A stretch of DNA of 64,000 nucleotides from Stylophora pistillata (lineage: Eukaryota), in contig NW_019217932.1 in NCBI RefSeq assembly GCF_002571385.2, forward strand, positions 160,329 to 224,328, given 5' to 3'. Every line of letters begins with the position of its first letter. Position 1 is the stretch's first letter. Shown here in pieces: positions 12,401-24,155 of the stretch. A program made the position numbers and the translations under genes. The notes beneath the pieces were generated by a model that did not search any database, had not been told where the DNA came from, and worked only from the letters and a program-made list of their open reading frames with translations.

Positions 12401-15400
12401 TGGGCGCCCGGATGTGGTGGGGGAAGGGGTTGGGCTACTTGGGTTAATTTTTGCTGGGTAAGTGCTGCTGGCCTCTCAGAATCCCCTGCCCCATTATAGA
12501 CAATTCTGTGGCGAATTATACACCCCATCTTTTGTTAGTGCGGTAACAGTTTTTAACCGCGAATCTTCCCATTTTTAAATCCCTACTAACCAGAATTTTC
12601 TAACCCCCAGAATCCCCAATATGTGCGACCCCATTCTAGTAACTCTATTGAAAATGTAAACCCATTATAGTCAATTCAGTCGTGAAAATTCGACCTATCT
12701 AGTCGCACGTCTTCATCAGCCCAATACTAGGAAGTGCCCCCCCCCCCTCTCTCTCTCTCTCTCTCCCTGGGAAATCGGTGTTAATTGTTGGTCTCTGTTT
12801 CGGAGCTGTCAGTATTATTTTGCTTCTCTTCCTGTTAGCGTGCGGGCTCACATCGACTTCTTGATTGAGGTGGACGGCTTTCCCAGGAGGCCTCGTTGTA
12901 CGGCAACGATCAGGAACAACTTGTACACGTTCCACAACCTTCCGGTACCGTATCTTTTGTTTTGATGTCTCTCTCTCTCTCTCTCTCTCCCTGGTCTGCA
13001 TGAAGCCATTCAGTTCCTTCCGTGAATTAATTTAAACCTTATTGCCGTCAACAGTCTTAATGCCTGTATCTCTAGTAAGATTAATCGCGTTCTTTAGTCT
13101 TGGTTTTTTTATTCAAGTGGTTTTTTGACTCTCTTTTATCAAGGGGGTGGTCAACGCAGCAAATCTTGAGCAAGTCGCTGAAGTTGGTCTCACTCAGGTT
13201 TGTTTTAGTTGCAGGTTGCAATATAATGTAATGTTCTGTTTCTTTGGAAAAAGACAAAAATTTCTGTTATCTTCATCCCAAGAAGAAAAATTTGTGATTT
13301 CTTTTTTACCAAATAAGTCTTTGCCAGTTCGATTTTTATATGTACTACATTGACACAGTGGAAGATTTGTAATAAAAGAACTGATGAACTTTGTTTGCTC
13401 CTGACTCCCCTTTCCATGTACTGCTGAGATATAGAATTTAGGTTTGAAATCTTCACAACTAAATTATTGTAGAATCGAATAGTAATTTATCGAAATCTTA
13501 TTTCACGATTTTCAGACTTGACTGTTATATTTACTATTTTTTAGACTCTGTTAAGCGTGGGAAGAACGATCCAAGACAGTGTTGATGAGATGGGAACTCG
13601 AATTTACAATGCCCTAAAGAAGGTACTCCGAAGCTCGAAACAGACTTGTTATCTATGGAGTTTTAGAAAAGCACTGTGCCTCTCTATTTTTTTTTTTATC
13701 AAGTTTCCTGTTTCTTGATATTTTATTTCATCATCTAAGAAGTATCATGACAGAAAATTCGCATTGCGCATGCGCAGTACGCAAACTGCTACAAATTTGG
13801 TTAGCCGAGACAAATTTCGCGGAGATGGGCTAAATTGGTTGCGTTTTGAGTTTTGGGCATTTACAGAATGTTGTTAGATACTAAAAAGTTTTACGCCATT
13901 GGTAAGGTGAGTTAAGTTTGTCCCACAAGGATAAGGTGTTTGTGTAGCAAATAATTACCAGCGTCCTTTCCTCGATCAGGTTTCACCGCTCGTTCCATGT
14001 CTAGAGGTAGGTTGCCCTATGATCGTCTAGTGAGGGGACCAACTACGCTGGACATAACGGCACATCCTTAGGATGGACCCTTCCGGACCAAGAAGTTAAA
14101 CTGGTCAGGTGGTCAGATCTTTAGCATATTCTGACCCAATTTTTGGACTCCACCTGCACTCAAACCCGTGAGTGCATTAAATGGCAAACGTGAGCTCGGT
14201 CAAGTTAACAGTGGTTTGTTTTGCTTGTAGAATTCTACGTCTTGGGTGCTACTGAATGTAGCGGCTCTTTATTGGAGAGTACAGGGAGATACTGCTGAAG
14301 CCATCAAGTGTTTACGTCAAGCGCTTTCCTTCTCTCCTTCTGATGCAAGAGTAGGTATTTTCAACTTCGTTCCCATGGCTTTTTGCTTACTTGGGGAAAG
14401 GCCATGGTAACGAGGTTGGGATATTTAATGATTTTAACACGAAGCGGTCTCTTTGTTTCGAGCTCAGGCATCGTCTTGAGATGTTTATTTGTGTCAGTGT
14501 ATCACCGTAAGTTTACCTTGAATTTCTGGAACCCACCGTCGTATCCCTAAAAGTATTAGATGGCTGCTTGGGGAGGAGAAGCGGGGTTGTTATCAAAGCA
14601 CTCCGTCACAAACAACTCAGCTTGAAATGGAACTCGTTCTCTGAAAAAAGATGACCACAAAGCCAGAGTAGAGCGGTTCGTTACGTCGAAATACAGTAAA
14701 AACCCGCATGCAAGAACATTTGGATTAAGAACACCCAGGCTGAAAGTTGGTAAAAAAAGGAGCATGTATATAAGAACACATTCAGCCTGAAAATTGAAAA
14801 TTTTTCTTATATGTAAAAACTGTTCCCTTTTCAGTTTAATAGAACAAACAGTATCTGTAGCTTTACTGTGGTATTGCACTAAGATCTCTGTATAAATGCT
14901 AGTAATTTCACTTGCTGTGTATAGAAAATGTACAGTAACTGTATTTGGAATTAAAAGTCTTCTAATTACAATTATAAGTTATGTATTTCGTCATAGTTAG
15001 TAAATCCCTTACATTTTTTTAGAAGTAACAAATTAAGAACACTTGAGAACACTTTCAGGCTGATTTCACCTAAAATACCCTATATATAAGAACCCAATCA
15101 ACCTGAACCCCGAAAATGGGTGTTCTTGTATGCGGGTTTTTACTGTAGGGGAAGTTTCTTTTAAAAAATAATAACAATAATAATAACATTACTTTAACAC
15201 AGTCTTGTTTTCATTCCAGGATGTAGCTTATGTCGGTCTTGCCAGTATATTGTTAAGAGAAGGCCAGCTAGACGACACAGCTGTAGTCATAAAGAAGGCA
15301 TTAGAGGTAAGGAGTATACTCAGCGACATGTTCAAGTTATAATCAACTCGAATTGGTTGTTTTTCACCGGCTCATTCGGTCCTAAGCGTTTCTATTTCTG

Positions 15401-16306
15401 AAAACGAGGCAAAGGAGTGAAAACTGCGACCCATTTGGCGTGACGCGCGATGACTGTCACACAAGAGCGTCAAACCCGTCAAACGTAAAGTTTCCTATCA
15501 GAAGAGGAACGAAAAATACCGGGCTTGAAGAGCGGCGGAAATCGAGCCTCAGTTCTGGAAATTCGCTGTTACATTCGAGAATTACAAAATCCCCCATTCT
15601 TTTTTTGTAAATATTATATTCACTTATTTTTAAAGGATACAAGATCGTAATCCATATTTAAAATGACGTTTTTTATTGTTTCTTTTAATACCCCTAATCT
15701 GTGGAACCTGCATTTAGCGGTAAACCTGTATTAACCAGTCACCACGCTATTCCCCGTGGGTTTGACTGAAGTAAAATGGCTCCTCCTAAAATTGTTCTTT
15801 TTATTTCAGATTTCTCCTAGTCTTGCCCTTGGACACTTCATTCTTGGTAATGTCTTCGGTGCTCAGGTATTTTAACGTGTTATCTGTATGGCTTTGGTGC
15901 GTTTTATTAACGAAATGAAGTAGGAACTGGGGATGAGATGGGAAGATCTTGCTATTTGGTATTGTCGTCTTTGAGCATTGACCGTGAAATGGAAAATTTT
16001 CTAATCTGATAAATTTTGATCCCTGTTGAAATTATGAAGATGGATCCATTACACTGTAAAGGACTTCACTGCCAAATATGTACAGATTTTTTTCCGCGCG
16101 TTAAAAATCGACTTTAATCTTTTTTTTTCCTACTTCAGAGTGAAATCCCTGAGGCTATTCAACATTACCTGCTCGCCTTACAGCTCGAACCAGGCTTTAC
16201 ACCGGCCGTGGAGCGGTTAAAGATCATTCAGTGCGTGTTGTGGAAACAGCAAAAAGCTCTAGAAAAGGAAGCCGCTGACCTCAGGAAACTCCTTTCTCCC
16301 AACTGA
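359..16306 (+). CDS. TTC17: Tetratricopeptide repeat protein 17-like (secretory pathway, signal peptide), 15 exons, ~1227 aa
   Basis: N-terminus GATHWFVTEDGRIQQQ-DDSVFNLKRPYDL matches the TTC17 hallmark (THWVVTEDGKIQQQVDS). Two TPR modules begin NSTSWVLLN..YWR..G. Phase-consistent exons: 359-475, 1718-1980, 4724-4949, 5792-5901, 6258-6405, 7319-7458, 8078-8276 (GC donor), 9976-11786, 12839-12944, 13144-13197, 13545-13622, 14231-14350, 15220-15306, 15810-15866, 16139-16306 (TGA). Total 3684 nt. Confidence 0.9.
1286..1596. mobile_element. Foldback MITE (~310-bp near-perfect palindrome) nested in a TA-flanked Tc1/pogo-like MITE (~1052-1668)
   Basis: gcccttaatcacagttgatacaagtgtg... is the reverse complement of ...cacacttgtatcaactgtgattaagggc. 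The outer element has degenerate ends tagtagaacctt / gaggggttctattg. Confidence 0.8.
2506..2709. mobile_element. TTAA-flanked piggyBac-like MITE family (related copies ~2005-2170, ~2788-2980, ~6505-6700, ~6830-7022, 18048-18247, ~20448-20610, ~27315-27497)
   Basis: ccct.taactccc...aggagaaattctgtcttggtcactcatg.gagtt.aaggg|ttaa ends recur through the window. Confidence 0.7.
2985..4081. mobile_element. Non-autonomous TIR element with TTAA-like flanks (Kolobok-like), right arm interrupted by a Penelope fragment
   Basis: TIR arms gagaggttgtcacgaaaaat...tattctagtattaggtaggcct...aaacaaaccaagacatatg / catatgtcttggtttgttttacct...atttttagtgacatcttctc|ttaa. Confidence 0.65.
3767..3961 (+). mobile_element. 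Penelope-like (PLE) pLTR fragment with 5' inversion and minimal hammerhead ribozyme
   Basis: 13-bp TSD tacatatgtcttg (3754-3766 / 3962-3974). 3767-3808 is an inverted copy of ~3860-3901. Hammerhead-like core at 3812-3845. Confidence 0.75.
7696..7727 (+). ncRNA. Minimal type I hammerhead ribozyme in a PLE-type repeat (~7530-7845)
   Basis: CTGACGA-t-GGGC-taac-GCTC-GAAA-CGTC: CUGANGA core, 4-bp stem II, GAAA, palindromic ACGU stem III and GUC cleavage triplet. Stem I is only 2 bp. Confidence 0.65.
8365..9483 (+). mobile_element. tRNA-derived SINE with (TTA)n tail; 3' part duplicated across the assembly gap
   Basis: A box tagctcaattggtta, B box ggttcgagccc, tail gcgctatataaatac..(tta)n. 7-bp TSD AACGCGC at 8358-8364 and 9484-9490. 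Confidence 0.8.
8855..9292. other. Assembly gap (N run)
   Basis: 438 Ns. The flanks 8663-8845 and 9293-9483 are near-identical. Confidence 0.99.
11952..12393. repeat. Double-hairpin non-autonomous repeat (possibly Crypton-type)
   Basis: Palindrome 11955-12053 (gcatatggcattatgagaaatattgcagccag / ctggctgcaatatttctcataatgccatgtgc) abuts a second inverted pair, ataattattgatccccatgaaat / atttcatggggatcagtaattat. Confidence 0.55.
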
Positions 16307-16502
16307 ACGCATTCGACAGCGAGCTCGAACTTTCCCCCTCAACATTCGTAGTCTGAAACACAGACTTTAATTTTCTAAAATAGTTAAAATTGCTGGGTGA
16401 ATGGATAAGTAACAGAGTTTATTTCTTTAATAGGAAAAAAAGCATATTTGGCAATTGATGAATTATCTTTTTGGAAGAAAATTTTCTAATTACGAAAAGA
16501 AT

Positions 16503-16595
16503 TAGCCTCCTTCGCAGACGTTCTTTGGGCTCGTCACGCAATCTAGGGGAGGAAGATTACGTGACGAGCCCAAAGAAGGTCTGCGTAGGAGGCTA
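16503..16595. mobile_element. 93-bp hairpin MITE with 9-bp TSD in the TTC17 3' UTR
   Basis: TAGCCTCC...GGAGGCTA termini; TSD gaaaagaat at 16494-16502 and 16596-16604; AATAAA downstream at 16738-16743. Confidence 0.85.
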
Positions 16596-17384
16596 GAAAA
16601 GAATAAGCTCAAAATTTTTAATGAGACCAAGCTTGTAAAACTAGTCATAGAACGTTCTCCTTTTTGAAAGATAGGCCTACGGTATGAAACTTTTGGAAAA
16701 TGTTAATTGACCGTTAACTTTTCTTCAAGCGTTTGCCAATAAATTTATCATTGAATTTTGTAAGGCAGTGTTACGTCTTCTTTACAGTGTGCATTTTGTT
16801 TTAGAAATAAATGCCATTTAAAAGGAATGTGTTAGTAACTTTAAAACAGAATCTGTGTTCAAATAGTTTGGAAAATATGAAGAATCCTTTTCACTACGGC
16901 CTCGTCACTCTGAATTTTTTTCCAGCAACGATTACAGCTTTGTCATCTTCAACTTTATCATTCCATGTGTATATCGAATTCAAGTGGAGCAGTAACGTAT
17001 TTTTACACATATTAGAGAGTCATTTTGTTTGAAGGCTGCTGGTCATCTGCTAACCTTTGTCTACAAGTCTTAAAAAGAAATAGAAAGTCATGAATTTCTC
17101 ACCTTGTTTATTGTTAATATATTGCGACGATATATATTTCAGAAGGGTTAGATATAGTAGTTGTAAATACAAAGGTGCTATTTTTAAATAAAGTGAGAAA
17201 CTTTTTTTGGAAAAATGTTTTCGCCTGCTATTTTTATTACCTATTTTTATTGCTGATATCAGCTAAATCCAACCGTAAAAATATGCATGCAAAGAGTTGC
17301 TTAAGGGAACAAATCAAATAATCATCGTAATCATTCGTTTGAACGTTAATTCACTGATTTATGAAGGTTGTGTGACTGTCACGC

Positions 17385-17436
17385 TTGACTTCCTGTGCGC
17401 ATGCGTATTATATTCGAAGGAGTGCGTGACGGAAGA
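17385..17436 (+). promoter_or_regulatory. Putative proximal promoter of the EamA gene (ETS- and NRF1-like motifs)
   Basis: acttcctg, tgcgcatgcg and cggaag lie within 70 bp of the ATG. The pseudogene copy has ccggaagtg at ~22014. Confidence 0.35.
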
Positions 17437-17453
17437 GGATTACTCAATTCAAT

Positions 17454-19741
17454 ATGGCGAGTATTTGGGTGGTGTGGTTGGCTCTTGTAGTCGTTCAGCT
17501 GGGATTTGGGGCTTATGGAGTGATCGTTTCTAAATTTGCTAAAGAGAATAAAGCAGATCCTCTAATCTTTAGCCTAATTCGAGATGCGGGATGCTTTCCT
17601 GTGCTTCTCTTGGCAGCTTTTGTCTCCGAGAGGAGGATTCAAATTCCCTCTTTAAGGTACGTACGAGCTAAAGAATATTTAATTTAGAGGCTAACTGTTG
17701 GAATTATTTTACCTCGGTCTTGGTGAGTGAAATTACCTTCAAAAATTGTTTACAAGTTTAGTTTTACTCCGATCCCCCTTCTAAATGGATCTAAATAGCT
17801 CATACAGGTCACTGATCATCACACTTTAATATTGGATTCAGTCTAAGAGCGAATATATAGCTAACAATTTCGTCTCGATTGAGTAGCTGTCTTGATCTTT
17901 AAGCTTTTTTATTCTGTTTGGCTTTTTTATTCTGTTTGATGTAAATTTCGAAATCATGAGCTATTATAATGTCGTCACCTATTGCTATGTCTTTGCAATT
18001 ATGTTACTGGTACCAGTAAGCTTTAAACTCACACTGATGAGTTTTAACTCTTTTACTCCCAAGATCTCATTAGTAATTCTCCTTACTGTCTGCTATACAA
18101 TTCCCATGATGTTCGTTTGGAGAATTTGGTATTGGATCGTATAATACCTAATTGATAGTTTTCTTTATTCTCATAACTTGTCCGCTTGATATTCTTTAGA
18201 TATTGTAAGGAGAAATTCTGTTTTGGTCACTCATGTGAGTTGAAGGGTTAAAAATTTCACGCAAGATTGCGCGCGAAAGACGAGATAATTGAGTGATTGG
18301 CAGATGGATGCTTTCTCCGCCCGCGAAAAGATTTGAAACGAGTCCAGGAAAAGTTTGCCGGGGTCTGGCACTAATCAGTGCTGGAACTGTTGTGGCTCAA
18401 ACGAACAGCTGCTCGAACGTACTTTACCGCGGGTGAAAAAACCGTTCGTGCCGAGGCTCTTATGATGAGGACCTGCTCGTAGGCTGCTAGGAGAGATGGG
18501 ATAGTGATGCGTCACTTGATAGCTTACAGTGCTGAGATGAAAGGATCTTGGTTTACTATTCGCTATTGAATAAGAAGCCCGTAAAGGGTACAAAGTGACA
18601 ATATTTTCCCAGTTTCGGTTTGCTTCTGTAGCTATTCTCTATTTCATGTTTGTTTAAAAAATGCCTGTACAAACCCAATTTCACACTTTGAATCCGGCGA
18701 TGGTCTTAAATGACAGTCCACTTTTTTAGTATTAGGTCCCTCACGGATTTCTCGCATGCTTGCTTCGTTCATTCACTTCAAATCTTGCGGGGTTCGCCTG
18801 CAGGATATTTCGATGAGGTTCTGAGTTAGGGCGTCTCTCAAGTGAATCTCTTTCTTTACAGGGAGCTCCCCCTTTTCATCATTCTTGGTTTAACAGGAAT
18901 GTTTGGCAATCAACTTCTGTACCTTCTTGGTATTTACTACACTAACGCGAACATAGCGTCCATTTTCCAACCTGCAATCCCCGTGTGGACAGCATTACTA
19001 GCTATCATGGTCCGCATTGAGCCGTTTCCAGACTTCCGTACTTTGCGCGGCTGGGCCAAGTCCCTGGGGATTCTTTTAGCGGCCGTTGGAGCTGTAGTTA
19101 TGACGGTAGAAAAAAAATCTGGCCAAGCATCGGACCATAGTGGATCATCTTCGTCTGGCAGTGTCCATTTTGCGGGGTACGTATTCCTCCTCGGGAATAC
19201 TCTGTCCATGGCGGTGTACATCCTTCTTCAGAAGAAGTTTATCTTCGACAAAGACGACTCTTGTTGGAAAACGAAACCTGTGACAGTCACTGCGTGGAGT
19301 TATCTCTTCGGGACAATGTTTATGGCACTCGCCTCGCTTTATTACGTCAACAAGCCAGAAAAGTTTACGTATTTTCCTAGAGAGGAAGTTTACCCAATTC
19401 TGTACGCAATATTCATTGCCTCGGGTCTATGTTATCTTCTAATATCCTGGTGTAACATGCAGATATCTGCGTCGCTTGTGACAGCCACATGGCCTCTTCA
19501 GGTTTTATTCTGCGCCATCTTGTCGTACTTCGTGTTGGGCGAGGTGCTGAAAACTTTGGAATATGTTGGGGGTGTATGCATTCTTATAGGCCTCATGGCA
19601 GTTGTTTGGTCCAATTTTTCAGAAGAAAATAGAAGAGCAGACGAGGAAGAAGACTTGAACAATTCTTATGGCTACGTGAAAGTGTCACAGTATGATGACT
19701 TTGTGGCGGAAGGTCCAAGAGAGGAAAAAGGAGTGAATTAG
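17454..19741 (+). CDS. EamA/DMT-family transporter, WAT1-related (MtN21/UMAMIT-like), 2 exons, 360 aa
   Basis: Exons 17454-17656 (AG|GTACGT) and 18862-19741 join in phase 2. About 10 hydrophobic segments. The motifs QLGFGAY, LIFSLIRD, GNQLLYLLG, RIE...KSLGILL and SWCN...SLVTATWPLQ...LGE...GG parallel plant WAT1. Confidence 0.88.
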
Positions 19742-20026
19742 ACACTGATTTAGTCCGACAAAATAACGTCATCTGATCTAAAATCTTACAATATACGTTT
19801 TATCTAAGATTGTAGTGTTTTGCCGTTAATTGCCGTGTACTAATAACTTCCTGGGTATTGAATACGATTTAAGAACCCTCAAAAGTTATGAATTACGATA
19901 AACGTATTTTTCAGTAATATGAATTATAGTGGTTACCCTTGCAGAGTTTTGGCCTCGATGCACATAGGCATAAACCCGAGGAGAAAACTTAGCAGGAGTG
20001 GATAAAAGAAGGTAGATGATAGATAT

Positions 20027-20170
20027 GTGGGAACCGTTGCGGCCTGATGGTCAGTGCAGTGGACTCGGGTTCGAGAGATCTGGGTTCGAGAGACCTGGGT
20101 TCGTGAGACCTAGGTTCGAGAGACCTAGATTCGAGAGACCTGGCCGGGTCAATCCGTTGTGTTCCTGGGC
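20027..20170 (+). mobile_element. tRNA-SINE head with five tandem 15-bp B-box repeats
   Basis: ggcctgatggtcagtg A-box-like segment followed by (gggttcgagagacct) x5. Confidence 0.65.
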
Positions 20171-22199
20171 CTGGTCCTGTGTTCCTGTTCTTCCTGCCTC
20201 TCTAAAGGGCGATGCCTCGCATGGGTCGTTATGTCCCGTTCGTACTAACCCTATTGGGCCTACGACTTGTTAAAAAACGAGGACCCAACGCATCCACGGT
20301 TAGCTTTTATTTGAAAATTATCTCATCACTTTTCAAAATCATCACTGATGTCGTGTACGAGATGAATATTGAAAAAATCGATAGATTTGTGGTGTTTTCA
20401 TATCACGCAAGGTCTCTAATTGCGACGACTATTTTCATTTTCAGCATCTAATTTCTCCTCATTATATGAACCTCAAATCGCACCTTTAAGTCACGAGAAT
20501 AAAGGAAATTATCACCCATCATAGAAGCTGTTGATTGCAAATAAATTCTCCTTGTCATCTCCTCAGGAAATGTATGGGGAACAGTATGGAGAATATGCAT
20601 ACTGATGTTAGGCCGGGTAAAATGCGCAAAACGGGATTCAGTGGATTTCCGATCGTTTATTTTCCGTTGCATATGTTTTGTTTATTTGTATCACAGATTC
20701 TGAAGAAGAGAAGCCGTGCAAGTCGCGCTTTGCGGGAGGTTCTGCGCTGATAGTAGAGTTACATCAAATTTGACCAAAAAGACAATCCTTAGAAATGCAG
20801 TTGGAGGAAGGAATCTCTTGCCCTTCCACTTTCCTTACTAGATCGTTTCTTTGAAGAACAGCTGGGGTTATAACCGCAGCCTAGCCTCTGGATCTACAGG
20901 ACACGAGACAGATAGAACTGAAGTAACATACAGAATTGAATGTCTCTAATACGTGTAACTGTTAAACCTAATCTCCTGTTTATGTTTTCATCTGCACCAG
21001 ACAAAACAAATAATCTCAAGAGGGAGTTGTCTCAAAAAACTCAATTGCCACTTCTGCTCTCTCCAAATATGCCCTCTCGTATCGAATGTATAGCAAGCAC
21101 GCGCAAGGTCAATAGTTTGTCACGGTTAACAGTTAACGAAAACAATTAGGGACAAGCCATTTTTTATCCCCCAGGGGAGGGGTTTGGTGAATTTTTGGGA
21201 TCACATGGTTTTCAGCGGAGAATAGAGGGGGGGGGGAGGGGAATCAGTCATCGCCAATAGAGTTGAAAGGAGAAAATAAAGATAATTGATTGCCAATTAA
21301 CTGCAAATGACAGGGGGATCATGAGAGTGTTACACAACCTTATGTTGGGGGGGGGGGAATCAGGTAAAACGTGTCATAACCAAAATCTTCGAATCTCCTC
21401 CCCACCCCCAAGGGATGAATAATACGCGGTTTCTTAGTGCTATTTATTTTGTTGACGGTATCTGCTGACTCCAACTGTTTAAAGGTACAGAGCGATGCTC
21501 AGTTTTTGGTATCTTGAAAAATTATTTAGTATAAGTTATTCTTTCCATTTACACATAGTTTCCCTCTGAATGCGTTTTACTTGACTTAGAGGAGTGGATA
21601 GGAAAAGATCTGTTTTCGAAATGATGGCTTACGGACCGAGTGCCGCGAAATATTATCGACGGCGTAACTCACCCAAAAAGCACAGCGTCATATGATCATT
21701 GCTCTTTCTTTTACTTTCTTTCTTCTTTTAGCTCGCATCTCGCAGGGTCGTTGGACTTTTTTTCCAGGCTTTCCCGCGCCATCACGTATATCTATCATTT
21801 TCTCTTTTCAGTCCGATAAGAGCGCGTGGGTACTAGAGGGGTCACATGATAAATTTGTTAAGGGGCAACTCGATAAGGTTACAACAAACCAAATAAACGG
21901 GAACTTTTGCTCGTCAATCGTTTATGCCAAGATACTTCTGCTTGTCTTTTGCTGGTCAGTCACGTTTTTACTTGTAAGTATGCCATGACACCTCTGCCGT
22001 CCAATCGTTGATACCGGAAGTGAAAGCTCAGCTCAGGTACATCGGTAATTTTTCTTAACTTTGTGCAAAGATTTTTGTGTGAACAATGTCAGTGTTAATC
22101 TTTATTCTAGTCACACGAAGCTGTGATTCCCTATTCCACAGTTTTCAAGCTAAAAAGTTAAGTTCACAATTTGTTATTGAGCTTCAAACCTCGATCAAA

Positions 22200-24155
22200 A
22201 TGGCTATGTGGATGGTGGTGTAAACTCTTGTTGTCGCTCAGCTTTGATTTGGAGGTTGTGGAATAATCATTTCAAAATTTGTTAAAGAGAGCAACGCAGA
22301 CCCTGTTATCTTTAGCCTGATACATTGTGCGGGCTCTTTTGTCGTGCTTCTCCCGGCAGCTTTTTTCTTGGAGAAGAGGATTCATATTCCTTCTCTGAGG
22401 TAAGTACAAGTTCAGTTGTTTTAAGTTGTTTTATATCTAGCGACTGTATCACTTGCCATATCAGCCAGTGAGAGAATTGGTCTAAGTTCCAACTATCGCT
22501 TACCAGTTTTTTAATGCTGAGATAAATGGGATCCTGTTTTGATTTTCGCTCTAGAATAAGAAGGCCACAGTTTGTAGGGTCAAATGAATTTTGGCATAAT
22601 TTTGGAAATAGTGCTTTAATCAGAGTACAGAGCATAATGCTGGCATGATGACTGAATTCGAACTTCTCGAAAATTCGGCCTTCGTTGTTACAGCTCTACG
22701 GGAGATGAATTTTGTACCCTCCGTATTGTCAACAGTGAGCCTGCTTTTCTAGCTTGTACTTTAGGAATTTGAACCAGTAAAATGTTGTGTTTTAATCCTC
22801 GGTTAGTCCTTTTATTCTCGGTAAGTTTTACCTTATGGTGGTAGGAGTGAGAAGCGGGGAGTTTGAGGGGCGCTTTTAAAAGCTATTATTTTGAATTCGA
22901 GCATAACAAACAACTTTGAGCATAGTTTTCGGAATGCCTGTATTGCCATGCATGGTTTCAGGGGTGATGCTTAAAAGTATTATGCTTAAATTTTCGAGCA
23001 TAATTTATCTCACCTAACAAAGAGTACAAAATTAAATTACAGTATTTTCCCAGTTTGCTCATGGCACAGTTTCTCATTCCATGCTAATTTCTGGAATTAA
23101 ATTACCTTAAGAGAAAGACGCCCAAACCCATTTGATTATGAAGTCAGTGTTACGTTACTGTCTCATGTCTGCTGTGTGTCTGTTTCGATTGTTATTTCCC
23201 ATTTTCAAACTGCTCATAATCTTCAGTAATCCCATTCGTATTTTCAAGTCTGTTTTGGGTAATGATAACTCTGAGTGAATTTGACTTTTTCAGGGAGCTT
23301 CCCTTTTCCATCGTTCTAGGTTTAACAGGAATGTTTGGTACTCAGCTACTGTACCTCCTCTGTATTTACTACACTAACGCAAACATAGCGTCCATATCGC
23401 AACCTGCAATCCCCGTGTGGACAGCATTACTTGCAATAATTGTGCGCATTGAGCCGTTTCCAGACTTCCGTACTTTGCTCGGCTGAGCCAAGTCCATGGG
23501 GATTCTCTTCAGTAGCTGCAACTGGGGCTGTGGCCATATCAATGGGAAAAGCATTTGACCAAGCATTGGACCCAAATAGATCAACCTCTTCTGGTAGCGT
23601 TCATCTCATATATTTCCCCTAGGAAGTACTTTATCCATGGCGGTGTACGTGCTCCTTCAGAAAAAGTTTACCTTTGACAAAGAGGACTCTTGTTGGAAAA
23701 CAAAACCTATGGCAGTCACTGCGTGGAGTTATCTGCTCGGCGCGATGTTTTTTACCATCGCATCGCTTTGCTACATCAACAAGCCAGAAAAGTTCACGGA
23801 TTTTGCTCAACATGCTAAAGAGGAGGTCTACCCAATTCTGTACGGTATAGTAATTACCTCTGGCTTGTGTTTTCTTTTGATTTCCTAGTGTAACATGCAG
23901 ATATCTGCGTCACTTGTGAAAGCCACATGGCCTCTTCAAGTTTTATTCTGCACCATTTTGTCCTACTTGGTATTAGGCGAAGTGCTGAAGACTCTAGAAT
24001 ACATTGGGGGTGTGACCATCGTTGTTGGACTCTTCATGGCAATCGGGTCAAATTTTATGCGAGAAAAAAGCAGAAAACAAGAGAAGGAAGACTCACATAA
24101 TTCTGTCGACTGTTTAAATTTGTGTCGGTCAGATGATTTTGTGGCAAAATGCTAA
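22200..24155 (+). pseudogene. Pseudogenised tandem copy 2 of the WAT1-like EamA transporter
   Basis: Exon 1 (22200-22399) has in-frame TAA and TGA. Exon 2 (23294-24155) has Trp->stop changes at 23484-23486 and 23886-23888 plus frameshifts. Splice sites are at the same positions as in the intact copy. Confidence 0.88.

Noticed and set aside
23484-23486. In-frame TGA as selenocysteine or readthrough
   Set aside because: The same copy has TAA, TAG and frameshifts; it is a simple Trp->stop in a pseudogene.
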